A DNA stretch of 64,000 nt from a virus (lineage: Duplodnaviria; Caudoviricetes), in the IMG/VR virus record IMGVR_UViG_3300008262_000055; one strand, written 5' to 3'. A program made the position numbers and the translations under genes. The notes under the pieces were generated by a model. The model was not told the origin of the DNA, made no database searches, and saw only the letters and a list, made by a program, of their open reading frames with translations. Below are positions 28,808-39,337 of this stretch, piece after piece (within the stretch, counting starts at the first letter, position 1; the number at the start of each line of letters is the position of its first letter).

Positions 28808-30158
28808 TACGCCGGCAGGCTCTCCTGACATAGTTTTTATTTTTCTTGATAGGACTGGAAAAAGTTCTAGTGATTGGTCACGAGAAATAATAAAAAATCT
28901 CAGTGACTATGTTTTGGTAAACATACAAAATCACGGGTTCAATGTTATACAGGGATTAGACGAAGACAGTCTCTTACAACACGCTTCAGAAAAATACAGT
29001 CATGCTGTAGTGTTAAGCACAGGTACAGAATTTATCAACGGTGACGAATTTTTTCACGAAACAGAAAAATTAGTTTATGGAGACAAAGACTTTTTTATAA
29101 TGGGACATTTAGCTGACAGGGACGACGGCTATTATGAACTACACGAACAATGTTATATAATTGATCTTCAGAAATTAAAAAGATTAGGTTTTCCTAAGAT
29201 GGGAGATTTTTCTTATTATGACAAACATACTCAAATAGCACCCATTCGCAGCGAAGATAATGTACACGACGATTATACTCCGCTGTGGATTAAACCAGGT
29301 GATACTGATAAAACTTATAAACATAAATGGCACGGCTGGAATATTATTTGGGTAGCACTTAAAAACAATTTACCTCTTTTAGTTTTTCCTAAAGAATTTA
29401 GAAATAACAAAAAATTTTATTACCCTAATTACGAAACAAGTTTTATACCAGCCAGTTCTTACTTGTACGGGAAACAAAGTATAGCTAGCCAAACATTGTT
29501 TTATCCTCATAACACTGAAGAAATGTATGAGATAAATTTTAATGGTCCAATAAGACAACTGGTCATCCAAGCTAGTGGGTTACAATGGATTGATTATCTA
29601 ACAAAATACGGGTACGATGAAAACACTGTAGTCCGATTTGTAGATTATAATTTGTTTGCTGTTGAAACTATGATGGCGATTGTGAAAAGATGGAATGGTT
29701 TAAATTATGATCAATTCATTACTGCTGTAGTTGGCGGTCGTGCTGCTCTAGTAGGTAAAGAAGCACGAGACTGGTTAGCAACTTCTGTTAAACTTGAAGA
29801 TGTTAAGATAGATCCTGCTGTATGGAACGATATTAAATCGAAAGTAAAGTTTGATTTTAAACATGAAGACCTAGTTCTTAATATAGGACTACCAATAAAT
29901 TCGTGGCTTGACAATGTGCCTAAAACACTAATTCATCTCAGCCATATTTTTAGCTACGATCCGGCTGCGGCATTTGTGCCTTTAAAACATAGATTATATA
30001 ACGAAAACCTATTGTTAAAAAAGATTAGAGAATACAATCCCAACGCTCATATTTTAATGGGTAGATCTTGCGAAGGATTCACAAATCAAACAATGGGTTC
30101 AATTGATCTTAAATCTTTAAAAACTCCAACTTGGCATGCCAACGGTGAATGGTTATGA
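28794..30158 (+). CDS. Hypothetical protein in the tailoring cluster
   Basis: 454 aa intact ORF; no family recognised with confidence. Confidence 0.7.
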   Translation: MVEFNTPAGSPDIVFIFLDRTGKSSSDWSREIIKNLSDYVLVNIQNHGFNVIQGLDEDSLLQHASEKYSHAVVLSTGTEFINGDEFFHETEKLVYGDKDFFIMGHLADRDDGYYELHEQCYIIDLQKLKRLGFPKMGDFSYYDKHTQIAPIRSEDNVHDDYTPLWIKPGDTDKTYKHKWHGWNIIWVALKNNLPLLVFPKEFRNNKKFYYPNYETSFIPASSYLYGKQSIASQTLFYPHNTEEMYEINFNGPIRQLVIQASGLQWIDYLTKYGYDENTVVRFVDYNLFAVETMMAIVKRWNGLNYDQFITAVVGGRAALVGKEARDWLATSVKLEDVKIDPAVWNDIKSKVKFDFKHEDLVLNIGLPINSWLDNVPKTLIHLSHIFSYDPAAAFVPLKHRLYNENLLLKKIREYNPNAHILMGRSCEGFTNQTMGSIDLKSLKTPTWHANGEWL

Positions 30159-30766
30159 CATTTAAACGAATAGCAGTCACTGGCCATACTAGTGGTATAG
30201 GAAAAGGCCTATATGATTATTTTTTATCAAAAGGCTGCTCTGTAAAAGGATTTAGTTTAGATAATGGTTTTGATATCTCAATCAGAGAGAACATTGACAG
30301 GATCGTAGAGTTAACTAGAGATTGCGATTTATTTTTTAACAATGCGTATCATCATTATCAGCAAGTTGAAATTGCTAGACTTTGGCAACAACAGCATTGG
30401 AGTGATCACCATTTTATTGTTAATATAAGTTCTATGGCAGCAGAACCCTTAGCTAACATTCCAGAAGAGTTTCCGTGGCTTGAAGAATACGGTAAAGAAA
30501 AATACGCTCTTAATAAGATAAGTTGGGATATAAATCACAGCGGAAGTAAGTGTAAAAGCATTATTGTTATGCCAGGTATTGTACAGACTAACTTTTATAA
30601 TCCCTATGACACGGAAGAAAATAACGGTTTAGAATTGTATAATAAAGTCACAGAAACAAACAGTATTATTACTGTTGATGATCTAGTAAAAACAGTTGAA
30701 CTTATTTTACAAAGCATTAACGGTAGAAATTTTATATCAAGCATCACAGTATTAAATGGTTATTAA
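30149..30766 (+). CDS. Short-chain dehydrogenase/reductase
   Basis: VTGHTSGIG, FFNNA, NISS, Y...K. Confidence 0.85.
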   Translation: MVMTFKRIAVTGHTSGIGKGLYDYFLSKGCSVKGFSLDNGFDISIRENIDRIVELTRDCDLFFNNAYHHYQQVEIARLWQQQHWSDHHFIVNISSMAAEPLANIPEEFPWLEEYGKEKYALNKISWDINHSGSKCKSIIVMPGIVQTNFYNPYDTEENNGLELYNKVTETNSIITVDDLVKTVELILQSINGRNFISSITVLNGY

Positions 30767-31187
30767 AACAGACATTAACACTTGGATTGAAAAACTGACA
30801 GCCAAGCAAATCATGCTTGGAGGATTGTCAGTTTGTCCCTATGCTAAAAATGCTGAATATGAAGTTGTTGAAACTGACGGCAGCAATATAGAACCACCGC
30901 CATGGGATTTTGAGCTATTGATTTATGTATTACCAGAAAGTTGGACTCAAGATGAGTTATTTCAGTTAGCTAATGAATACGGAAAAATTTTTCCTTCATT
31001 GGTGTTCCTACCAGATCATAAGGATAGGTATACAGAAATTAACGGAGTACAGACTAACAACGGCAAACATAATCTTTTATTGTGCCAGTGGAGAGATAAT
31101 TTAGTTTCTGCTAGAAAGAAGTTAGCATCTACTAACTATTACGATTTTTGGAACCAAGAATATTTGGAAGAGATTTTAAAAGCATGA
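30756..31187 (+). CDS. Hypothetical protein (CPYAK motif)
   Basis: 143 aa. Confidence 0.7.
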   Translation: MVIKTDINTWIEKLTAKQIMLGGLSVCPYAKNAEYEVVETDGSNIEPPPWDFELLIYVLPESWTQDELFQLANEYGKIFPSLVFLPDHKDRYTEINGVQTNNGKHNLLLCQWRDNLVSARKKLASTNYYDFWNQEYLEEILKA

Positions 31188-32224
31188 TATGGACTAATTG
31201 GGATCCTCTTAAAGAAGTTATTGTAGGGAATTGTCCTAGGGGTGCCTACAGCAATAAATTAGCTCAAATATTCAGTGAAACTAGAGAAGATCTAGATAAT
31301 TTAGCTGATTACTTAACCAAGCTAGGTGTACGTGTACATCGTCCAACAGTAACTAACATGGACAAACATATAGATCTAGGTTATTTTAAAATTGATAATC
31401 CCACAGCACCTATTGTTCCACGAGACCAGTATTTGGTATACGGCGAGACTGTATATCAAACATACACTAGTATGCCGGATCGTTACTTAGACAGTAAAAA
31501 CTATAATCATATTTTTAAAGAATTATTTGAGCGTGGACACAATTGGCTTAGTATGCCTCCACCTAAATTAGAAACACTTGTAGACAAGTGGTGGGCCAAT
31601 GGCGAATATGTTTATCATGAGCAGTTAAAAGATCAAGTGCTGTGGCATACTGCTACAATGTTTAAGTGTGGAGATAAACTAATCACTAACACCAAGGGTC
31701 CAGGCAATAGTTTAGGCTTAGAGTGGATGAAACGTAATCTGCCAGCAAATACCATAGTAGATGTAGGTAACACACACCAACAAGGATTTGGACATATAGA
31801 TCACGGCTGGTTTATGACCAACGACGATCTAGTATTCTGTGTAAACAAATCGTGGGTACCAGAACCGTTACTCAACAAGCAGATCATAGAACTAGAAGAC
31901 CATTTTGAAAAGTTTGATGACAGTAAATTTATTGCTGATTATTCTGCTACTGACGGTAAGTTTAGCGATGCGTGGATTGACAAGTGGCTAACCCAATGGA
32001 AGGGTTATGCTCAGGAAGTATTCTTCGACAGCAATGTACTAGTTATCGATAGCCAGAATGTATTGTTTAGCAATTACCAGCCTGGCATTTTTAAAGTTAT
32101 GGAACGTTATGGCATTAACTGTCATGTAGTTCCACAACGCCACGGATTATTCTGGGAAGCGGGTATCCATTGCCTAACTTTAGATTTAGTCAGAGATGGC
32201 GAATGTAGATCTATAGTAACTTAA
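31184..32224 (+). CDS. Amidinotransferase (glycine/inosamine-phosphate amidinotransferase family)
   Basis: WDPLKEVIVG, PRD, HIDH and GIHCLT catalytic Asp/His/Cys motifs. Confidence 0.85.
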   Translation: MIWTNWDPLKEVIVGNCPRGAYSNKLAQIFSETREDLDNLADYLTKLGVRVHRPTVTNMDKHIDLGYFKIDNPTAPIVPRDQYLVYGETVYQTYTSMPDRYLDSKNYNHIFKELFERGHNWLSMPPPKLETLVDKWWANGEYVYHEQLKDQVLWHTATMFKCGDKLITNTKGPGNSLGLEWMKRNLPANTIVDVGNTHQQGFGHIDHGWFMTNDDLVFCVNKSWVPEPLLNKQIIELEDHFEKFDDSKFIADYSATDGKFSDAWIDKWLTQWKGYAQEVFFDSNVLVIDSQNVLFSNYQPGIFKVMERYGINCHVVPQRHGLFWEAGIHCLTLDLVRDGECRSIVT

Positions 32225-33376
32225 CGCTATTGTTAATTTAAATTCTAATTCATCAAAATAATCCTGTGTAGCATTTACAGGAATTACGATCAATAACCCA
32301 GACCCGCCCTCATTCCACATACCTGCACTGATACCATATTGATAAAGAAATTTTTCAAATATTTCTTCTAACGGTTTATCATTCAATAATTGTAGATTAA
32401 ACACTAACCCGTGATGATTAAAGTTTTTAATTAACTTTTGATCTTTCAATCGATGAAATACTTTTTTAGCTGTGTCTAATATTTGGGGATATCGATCAAA
32501 TAATTGTTCCTCTTCGATAATATCCAAATAGGCAATAGTAGAATAAATTCCACTGAGACTAAAACTATAACTAAAACCGTGTGTAAAAACTTGACCTTTA
32601 ATTTTAGAGAATATCTTTTCGTTAATAAGAGTAGCACTGAGGGGGAAATAGCCAGATGTAAATGCCTTGCCAACGGTGAATATGTCAGGCTCTACAATTC
32701 CAGACCAGCCAAAGAAAGTACCAGTCTTCCCACCGCACATGGCGATGTCATCGACAATAAGAACTATGTTTTTATCGGTACATATCTTGCGTAGGCTGTT
32801 CCAGAAATCTTGACCCGGGTCATATAATCCATTTTGCCAACTTGCTGTTTCTATAATTACAGCACAAAGGTCATCAGTGATATTGTCTAAATTATAGTCG
32901 CTGACAACACAACGAGGATCTTTACCAAAGAAGCCTGTCATGTAAGTTGCGTCACTGACACTTGAACTTAGATATGTACTACCGTGATAACTTTTCTTAA
33001 ATCCTAAAAACTTATCGCGACCGTTGTATAGTTGTGCTAATCTCAAAGCACCTTCGACGGCATCACTACCGCTTAAAGCAAATACACTTCTATATCCTTG
33101 GCTTAGATCATATAGTCGTTGGCTTAGTTCAAGGACGGCAGAATTAGTTGTATAAAATTCGCCCGAACAAAAAGGAAGATCTTTCATCTGTTGTTCAACA
33201 CGATCAATGATATCTTTCCTTTTGAACCCCAACGGAAAACACCCGCAGTTGCCAAGACTTAGATCTAACAGTTGATTACCGCTTTCTATAAATCCGTAAT
33301 CTGTATATTCTGAAATCTCTCTTACAGAAACATTTTCGTTGGTAACATACGGAAAAATTAATTTGTTTATAGACAT
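32186..33376 (-). CDS. Class III PLP aminotransferase
   Basis: SGSDAVEGA, SYHGST, LIVDD...GGKTG, PDIFTVGKA. Confidence 0.9.
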   Translation of the reverse strand: MSINKLIFPYVTNENVSVREISEYTDYGFIESGNQLLDLSLGNCGCFPLGFKRKDIIDRVEQQMKDLPFCSGEFYTTNSAVLELSQRLYDLSQGYRSVFALSGSDAVEGALRLAQLYNGRDKFLGFKKSYHGSTYLSSSVSDATYMTGFFGKDPRCVVSDYNLDNITDDLCAVIIETASWQNGLYDPGQDFWNSLRKICTDKNIVLIVDDIAMCGGKTGTFFGWSGIVEPDIFTVGKAFTSGYFPLSATLINEKIFSKIKGQVFTHGFSYSFSLSGIYSTIAYLDIIEEEQLFDRYPQILDTAKKVFHRLKDQKLIKNFNHHGLVFNLQLLNDKPLEEIFEKFLYQYGISAGMWNEGGSGLLIVIPVNATQDYFDELEFKLTIALSYYRSTFAISD

Positions 33377-33960
33377 ATAGTTAAAGATACTCGTTTAGAA
33401 CTTAGATTTTCTACTCCGTGTATTGTAGTGACATCTAATTCATGCCATGTTTTTTGAGGTATTATTTCAGACTCAACAATATCTAATCTTGTATATGGAA
33501 TAACAACCTGCGGAGTAATTTTTAAATCTTTATATTCATCCTTTGGTTTATAAAATGTAGTACTAGCTGCCCCACCAGTTTCTAACAAATAGTTTACTGC
33601 CTTTGATCTAGATTCGTCAATGTGGGGAGGGACCAAAGACCCGTTTGACATTACTTGAATAAATGCTATACACTCAAACGGAATGTTAGTTTTTAACCAA
33701 TCTTTAACTAGATCACTAATCTCAATAAAATCGTAATCTGCTAAATTTGGAAATATTTTTTTCCCCTCGGAATACCGATATCCAATATTGGTGATTGGAT
33801 CGTAATCAATATTCCCTATAATACTTAAAGTTTTTAGATTTGTATTAATTAACAGTTCGTCATTTTGGTGACAGTTGGCATTTTTAGATATTGTATCGAA
33901 TATATCTTGCTCTATTTCAAAAGGTAGAGGTGGAAGATTTAGATAATTAATATAGCTCAT
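33367..33960 (-). CDS. 2OG-Fe(II)/cupin oxygenase-like
   Basis: VPPHIDE...WHELD...HGV...R; TATAAATA 6 nt upstream of ATG. Confidence 0.7.
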   Translation of the reverse strand: MSYINYLNLPPLPFEIEQDIFDTISKNANCHQNDELLINTNLKTLSIIGNIDYDPITNIGYRYSEGKKIFPNLADYDFIEISDLVKDWLKTNIPFECIAFIQVMSNGSLVPPHIDESRSKAVNYLLETGGAASTTFYKPKDEYKDLKITPQVVIPYTRLDIVESEIIPQKTWHELDVTTIHGVENLSSKRVSLTICL

Positions 33961-33966
33961 GAGTGA

Positions 33967-33974
33967 TATTTATA
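33967..33974 (-). promoter_or_regulatory. T4-type late promoter
   Basis: Exact TATAAATA 6 nt upstream of the ATG at 33960. Confidence 0.65.
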
Positions 33975-33984
33975 AGGTGATAAA

Positions 33985-35595
33985 ATGAAGATAGTTGTTG
34001 TTGGCGGAGGCAGTTCGGGATGGATGACAGCCAGTTGGTTGAACAAGTTTGTTCCAAACAGCAAAATTACTCTTGTTGAAAGTCCAGCAGTTCCAAGGAT
34101 AGGTGTCGGTGAATCGGTAACCGTACACTTAACGGAATTTATCAGAGTATTGGGAATTGACGAGCATCATTTTATGTTTCATACGGGTAGTGTTTACAAG
34201 TACGGAAATAACTTTATAAATTGGTTAGAAGGCAAAGGCGAAAACGAATTATTTACTTTTGCCTTTAACAAGAATAAAAGTCATCTTTATTCATCACCTT
34301 ACAAAGGCGTTTCTTGGGACGATCATAGAGATGTGCGAGTTGAGGAAACTAGATTAACTGACTATTGGTTAGAATTGTTTAAACAGGGAAAAACTGATAG
34401 AAACTTTAGTAAGAATTTTACATCATGGACATCATTCACTGAAGATCTAAAAGCACCGTTCGTTGACGGAATATCTTATTTGCCAAAAAATGATCTTGCC
34501 TGGGCTTATCATATTAACACTGAAAAATTTGCAGACTACTTAAAAGAGTTTGTTGCTGGCCCCGGTGGTGTAGAACATAAGATTGCACATATAAAACAAA
34601 TTATTAAATCTGGCCAGACTATAGAAAAAATTCTGTTTGATGACAACACGGAAATAACAGCAGACCTTTATGTTGATTGTTCTGGTTTTCATAGAGTATT
34701 GGTTAAAGAATTTGACAACGTTCAGTGGAAGTGGTATGAAAACAATGTAGCAGACAGTGCCTATGTTTGCCAGTTAGATTATATCGATCCAGAAAAAGAA
34801 ATGGTAAATTATACCAAGTCAATAGCTATGAACAAGGGTTGGTGTTTTGATATCAGTTTATTTCATAGGCGAGGCACAGGATATATTTTTAGCAATGATT
34901 TTATTAGCGATGATGAGGTGTTAGCCGAGTATCGTAGTAAGATACTAACTAAGCCCAAGTTTGAACCTAGAAAAATCAAGTGGGATAAAAAACGTATGTT
35001 GAACCCCGGGTTTGGTAATGTATGTGCTATAGGTATGACCATAGGATTTGTTGAGCCAATGGAGGCTAACATGTTAGGAGTAATATCTAATTCAGCATGG
35101 GAACTTACTCACGTTTTAGAGGATCATAATTTTGATACAAGAAATATAGACTGGTCACGCTACAATACTAAAATAGGACATACCTTTGATGATGTGGCAG
35201 ATTTTATTTTAGTACATTATACACTCAGTCCAAGAACTGATAATGAATACTGGGAGGAAATGCGTAGTATTGGTCGTAGATTAAAACATGAAGAACTGTT
35301 ATTAGACAAATATAATGATTATAAAAATACCATAGACGGTGCTTCTCAGAGCCTATGCTTCTTTCCAGATTACATGTGGATTGAACTAGCAGCTACTTGG
35401 AATATAGATCTAAGTAAATGGCCGTCTAAAAAAATCAGCGATGACGAACTTCGCATGGCAGAGTTACATTTTGATTATCTGAGAAATCATTTAAATCTAG
35501 CTTCTAAAAAATTCCCACAATATTATCATTATCTCAAAGACAATATTTTTAAAGGTATGACTCCGCAAGAGTGGATGGACGCAGCTAAAATCTAA
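33985..35595 (+). CDS. Flavin-dependent tryptophan halogenase-like protein (PrnA family)
   Basis: VVGGGSSGW, IGVGES, conserved K in GSVYKYG, VDCSGF, GFVEPMEA. Confidence 0.85.
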   Translation: MKIVVVGGGSSGWMTASWLNKFVPNSKITLVESPAVPRIGVGESVTVHLTEFIRVLGIDEHHFMFHTGSVYKYGNNFINWLEGKGENELFTFAFNKNKSHLYSSPYKGVSWDDHRDVRVEETRLTDYWLELFKQGKTDRNFSKNFTSWTSFTEDLKAPFVDGISYLPKNDLAWAYHINTEKFADYLKEFVAGPGGVEHKIAHIKQIIKSGQTIEKILFDDNTEITADLYVDCSGFHRVLVKEFDNVQWKWYENNVADSAYVCQLDYIDPEKEMVNYTKSIAMNKGWCFDISLFHRRGTGYIFSNDFISDDEVLAEYRSKILTKPKFEPRKIKWDKKRMLNPGFGNVCAIGMTIGFVEPMEANMLGVISNSAWELTHVLEDHNFDTRNIDWSRYNTKIGHTFDDVADFILVHYTLSPRTDNEYWEEMRSIGRRLKHEELLLDKYNDYKNTIDGASQSLCFFPDYMWIELAATWNIDLSKWPSKKISDDELRMAELHFDYLRNHLNLASKKFPQYYHYLKDNIFKGMTPQEWMDAAKI

Positions 35596-36662
35596 TGTTT
35601 TACGATACTATAAAAATATTACAGATAGAAAACAGCAGTCTATGCAATGCTGCCTGTCCGCAATGTGTACGAGAATGGAAAAATGGCGATTACAGTTTTT
35701 TTAAACAAACATTTATTCCAACTGATTTTTTTAAAAATCGTATACCACAATACATCTATGACGGATTAGAAAGAATAAATTTTAGTGGCTCTGTTGGTGA
35801 TCCTTGTATGGCACCAAATTTAATTGATGTAGTCAATGTAATACGTGAAAAGAATCCTAATATTGAAATACAAATTACAACTAACGGCGGTATGCGTACT
35901 CCTAATTGGTGGCAGAATTTAGCTAAATCTTTAGGCAAAACAAAACACTATGTTATATTTGGAATAGATGGATTAGAAGATACAAATCATATCTATAGGG
36001 TCAAAGTTAAATGGCGTAACTTAATGGATAACATTGATGCTTTTATCCAAGCAGGCGGTGTAGCCGATTGGCAATTTATACCGTTCAAACATAATCAACA
36101 TCAAATTACTGCTGCTAGAATGATATCTCAAACTATGGGATTTAGAAACTTTTTTCTTTTAGCTAGTAATAGATTTATGACTGAAGAATTGTTTGAAAAA
36201 AAATCTTTTGGTAGCGATGGTAAACAATTGATTCCGCCAATGAAAGAATATCAATTTAACATGTTTCAAGATGATGACAGACCAACTAGCGATATTGAAT
36301 GGGCAACACAGGCTGAAAAAAATTGTATTAAATGCCAAGCACAGGAAGACCGAGAAATATTTATTGATGTAGAAACGCACCTATTTCCTTGTTGTATGAC
36401 AGCCGGTGCTAGGTTAACTATGGATGCTAAAGATCAAGATGGTTTTGAAAAATTATGGTTAAGATGGGGCGGAGATAATATTAAATTAGATGTTAACAAT
36501 TGGGATATGATTGTTAATGGAAGATTTTTTTCTACTATACAAAAAAGCTGGAATAAGAAATTTTCCGAAGGTAGACTAATTCCATGTTCGGCATCATGTT
36601 CAGTGGGTAACTCAAATTATGTCGGTGTTCAGACTGTACAGTTTTTTGTAAATCCTAGGTAA
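35595..36662 (+). CDS. Radical SAM protein (paralog of 17961)
   Basis: CNAACPQC, GSVGDP, FPCC...CSASC. Confidence 0.9.
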   Translation: MFYDTIKILQIENSSLCNAACPQCVREWKNGDYSFFKQTFIPTDFFKNRIPQYIYDGLERINFSGSVGDPCMAPNLIDVVNVIREKNPNIEIQITTNGGMRTPNWWQNLAKSLGKTKHYVIFGIDGLEDTNHIYRVKVKWRNLMDNIDAFIQAGGVADWQFIPFKHNQHQITAARMISQTMGFRNFFLLASNRFMTEELFEKKSFGSDGKQLIPPMKEYQFNMFQDDDRPTSDIEWATQAEKNCIKCQAQEDREIFIDVETHLFPCCMTAGARLTMDAKDQDGFEKLWLRWGGDNIKLDVNNWDMIVNGRFFSTIQKSWNKKFSEGRLIPCSASCSVGNSNYVGVQTVQFFVNPR

Positions 36663-37292
36663 AGGATCATTAGGCCATTTAATATAGTTTAAAAAACTGT
36701 GCTGATTTACTAACGCCATATCAACCCTATTGTTGTTAACAACTTTATCTATAAAATCAGATCTTTCTTGATTTAATATTGGCCTGTATAAATCTATTTC
36801 AATAGGTTGTTCGCAGTAATCACTGGCTGTATAAAATGCGAATGCTTTTAGTTTTCCGTTAGTGTCTATAAAATGATAACATGGATACATGGTAACTTTA
36901 TAGACATTTTCTGTTTTTATATCTCGACATATAGTTTCTAATTGATTTTGCCAATCGACACAAATGCTATCTAGTGTTCCTTTAGAATTAATAAATGTTT
37001 CACAACAAACATCATTCCATTCTAGATATATCTTACGCCCTTTAAAATCAATATCTCGCAATCTAACACACCAGTTATATTTTTGAAATTGTGTTAGATA
37101 TCTAACTTCTCTATTAAAACAATCGGATATTAGATTTTCTTCTACTGGATACTCTCGATAGCTGTTATTATTAAAATTCATACAGAGTTCTGATCGTTCT
37201 CTGTTTACTAAAGGTTCGTAAATTGCTCCGGGTCTAGTTCTATACCCGTCTTTATCTATACCATAGTAATGAAACCAATCAGTATGACTCAA
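36612..37292 (-). CDS. Kinase-like protein (paralog of 38103)
   Basis: FNREVRYL...KVTMYPCYHFID; similar to 38103..38789. Confidence 0.5.
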   Translation of the reverse strand: MSHTDWFHYYGIDKDGYRTRPGAIYEPLVNRERSELCMNFNNNSYREYPVEENLISDCFNREVRYLTQFQKYNWCVRLRDIDFKGRKIYLEWNDVCCETFINSKGTLDSICVDWQNQLETICRDIKTENVYKVTMYPCYHFIDTNGKLKAFAFYTASDYCEQPIEIDLYRPILNQERSDFIDKVVNNNRVDMALVNQHSFLNYIKWPNDPLPRIYKKLYSLNTDII

Positions 37293-38079
37293 GATGATCT
37301 ATACCTAACTGCTTACGGAACGCTTCTGTGAACTTGCCATCAATACGTAAAGAATATGATTGCTCCATTATCTTTTCACCGCCATGCCAGTCAACATCAT
37401 TCCACCATGCTGCTCGAGTATTAAGATATGTTTTGTTTTTATTTTCTGGATCCCACAAATACATTGCCTTCTTTGTATTAGGACGGACATGTATAAACTC
37501 ATTGCGATGGGGTTTGACTACATCAATGCCATTTTTAGCATCCAAGTCTCTATGTTCAAATGGAATACCGTCAGCTTCACAGTGGAAGAATATCACACGC
37601 CCTATATGTTCAAATACTGTGCCTTGTAATTGCTCAACCCATTTGACTACATTAGGGAAATAAGCGGCTTCTTCTGTTAACTTACGTGGTGCTGTCCTAT
37701 CATCCCAACTACCCTCTTCCCATAGGAAATAGTAAATGTAAGGATCATAGGCACCCATGGCCATTTTAAGATAGCGTGTAAATTTGTTACGTTGTTTATA
37801 ATTGTTAAAATCTTTAAACAAATCAATGCCACCCAGATAGATGGGATCATCTTTAGGCAACGACATAAATTCGTCCATGGCTTGATATATAGGTTTCCAA
37901 TGTAGCCTGTAACTCATATTATCAAAATTAAAACCGGGCTTCATCCAAGTGCCTTCTTTGGCAAACTCTCGTGCTTCGGCAAACCCTCTTAATATTTCGG
38001 GCTGTAGTTTCTCAAACTGGTCCATATTTAAGTATGGCTCCATATCAAAATACGCTTGTTCGTTTATACCTTTGATCAT
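37279..38079 (-). CDS. 2OG-Fe(II)/cupin oxygenase-like
   Basis: EHRD...WHGG...SLRIDG. Confidence 0.6.
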   Translation of the reverse strand: MIKGINEQAYFDMEPYLNMDQFEKLQPEILRGFAEAREFAKEGTWMKPGFNFDNMSYRLHWKPIYQAMDEFMSLPKDDPIYLGGIDLFKDFNNYKQRNKFTRYLKMAMGAYDPYIYYFLWEEGSWDDRTAPRKLTEEAAYFPNVVKWVEQLQGTVFEHIGRVIFFHCEADGIPFEHRDLDAKNGIDVVKPHRNEFIHVRPNTKKAMYLWDPENKNKTYLNTRAAWWNDVDWHGGEKIMEQSYSLRIDGKFTEAFRKQLGIDHLESY

Positions 38080-38102
38080 TGTTTTTTATGATAATTAAAT
38101 AT

Positions 38103-38789
38103 ATGAATTACGAATACTACTATAACAATGTTCCTGGAGTTGGATTATGCAGGAACAATCTTATTTACACTAGCTTAATAAGCCAAGATAAAAAAACTTT
38201 TGTTATGTGGTTCCATAATGATAGCGAATATCACAAAGGACAAAACGAAGTTGTTGATCCTATATTAATGAATGCCAAATGGAACAGAGAAGTTAAGTAT
38301 CTTATTGAAATGGCTTGGAAATATAGAGAAATGGTTCCTAAGATCAAAGAAATAGATCATATCAATCAAAAAATCTATTTTGAAATTGACGGTGCTGATT
38401 TTTGGAATCGTGCGGGGTGTATGACTGAAAACTATGATACAGTATTGCCCGATTGGCAAGATCAGATGTTGCGAATATTAACAGCCCATAGAAGTTTAGG
38501 ACTGTACAAATTTTCTATGCATCCTAGTAGCTATTTTATAGTTGACGGGCAGTTAAAAAGTATAAACTATTTTTTCTGTTATCATGAAAGCGAAGGGCCT
38601 ATATCTATCAATGATCATCTAAGTCACATTCATTCTAACCGACAAGAAGAAATGCGTAAGCATACAGATAGACTAGGTATAAGTTGGGATAAACCACAGT
38701 CGTTGTCTTTGTTACAAGACCTGTGTTGGGAAAGTTTTAGAACAAACTATCCTGAAGATTTTATTGAGAAAGCAAAATGTATAAAATAA
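38103..38789 (+). CDS. Kinase-like protein
   Basis: WNREVKYL...VPKI...YKFSMHPSSYFIV.G.LKSINYF; start moved to MNYEYY. Confidence 0.5.
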   Translation: MNYEYYYNNVPGVGLCRNNLIYTSLISQDKKTFVMWFHNDSEYHKGQNEVVDPILMNAKWNREVKYLIEMAWKYREMVPKIKEIDHINQKIYFEIDGADFWNRAGCMTENYDTVLPDWQDQMLRILTAHRSLGLYKFSMHPSSYFIVDGQLKSINYFFCYHESEGPISINDHLSHIHSNRQEEMRKHTDRLGISWDKPQSLSLLQDLCWESFRTNYPEDFIEKAKCIK

Positions 38790-39337
38790 TACCTTGGTCG
38801 TCCGAATTAGATCTTTTAGATTTTTATATCGAAGCAGAACGTAGAGGATTTGTAAATAACTCTTCAGAACAGATGTTAGTAGGTAGTTTACGCAAAGAAA
38901 CTCTTTGGCAAGTTTGGATTCTTTACTATAACGATAAAGCTATAGGTTCTGTGGCAGCACATAGCTTTCCCGAAATGGGAGAAAACTGTTTTAGGATAGC
39001 AGCTAGGACCTGTGTCTTTACTGATATGTTACCCTTACAATCATTACGTACGGTAAACCAAATAACTACGCATCAACATGCTACAGCACAATTTTTAATT
39101 CCTACTTGTATACAATGGGCACCAAAAGGAAGTAGGTTATTCATTACCAGCAATGAAAGTGAAGTAGGAACTCAACGCCTAGTTCATAGAATATTTGGAC
39201 CAGCTATGGAAAAATCTGGGCAAATGAAGCATGTTAAGAATTTAGAGTACCGGGGCCACAAACAAACTGTATGGGAATTATTTCCTAATAAATTTTACAA
39301 TGAACTGGACAAATATCCAAGATGGCAGATACTTTAA
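38777..39337 (+). CDS. GNAT-like acyltransferase
   Basis: ILYY...IGSVAAH...RIAART pattern. Confidence 0.5.
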   Translation: MYKIIPWSSELDLLDFYIEAERRGFVNNSSEQMLVGSLRKETLWQVWILYYNDKAIGSVAAHSFPEMGENCFRIAARTCVFTDMLPLQSLRTVNQITTHQHATAQFLIPTCIQWAPKGSRLFITSNESEVGTQRLVHRIFGPAMEKSGQMKHVKNLEYRGHKQTVWELFPNKFYNELDKYPRWQIL

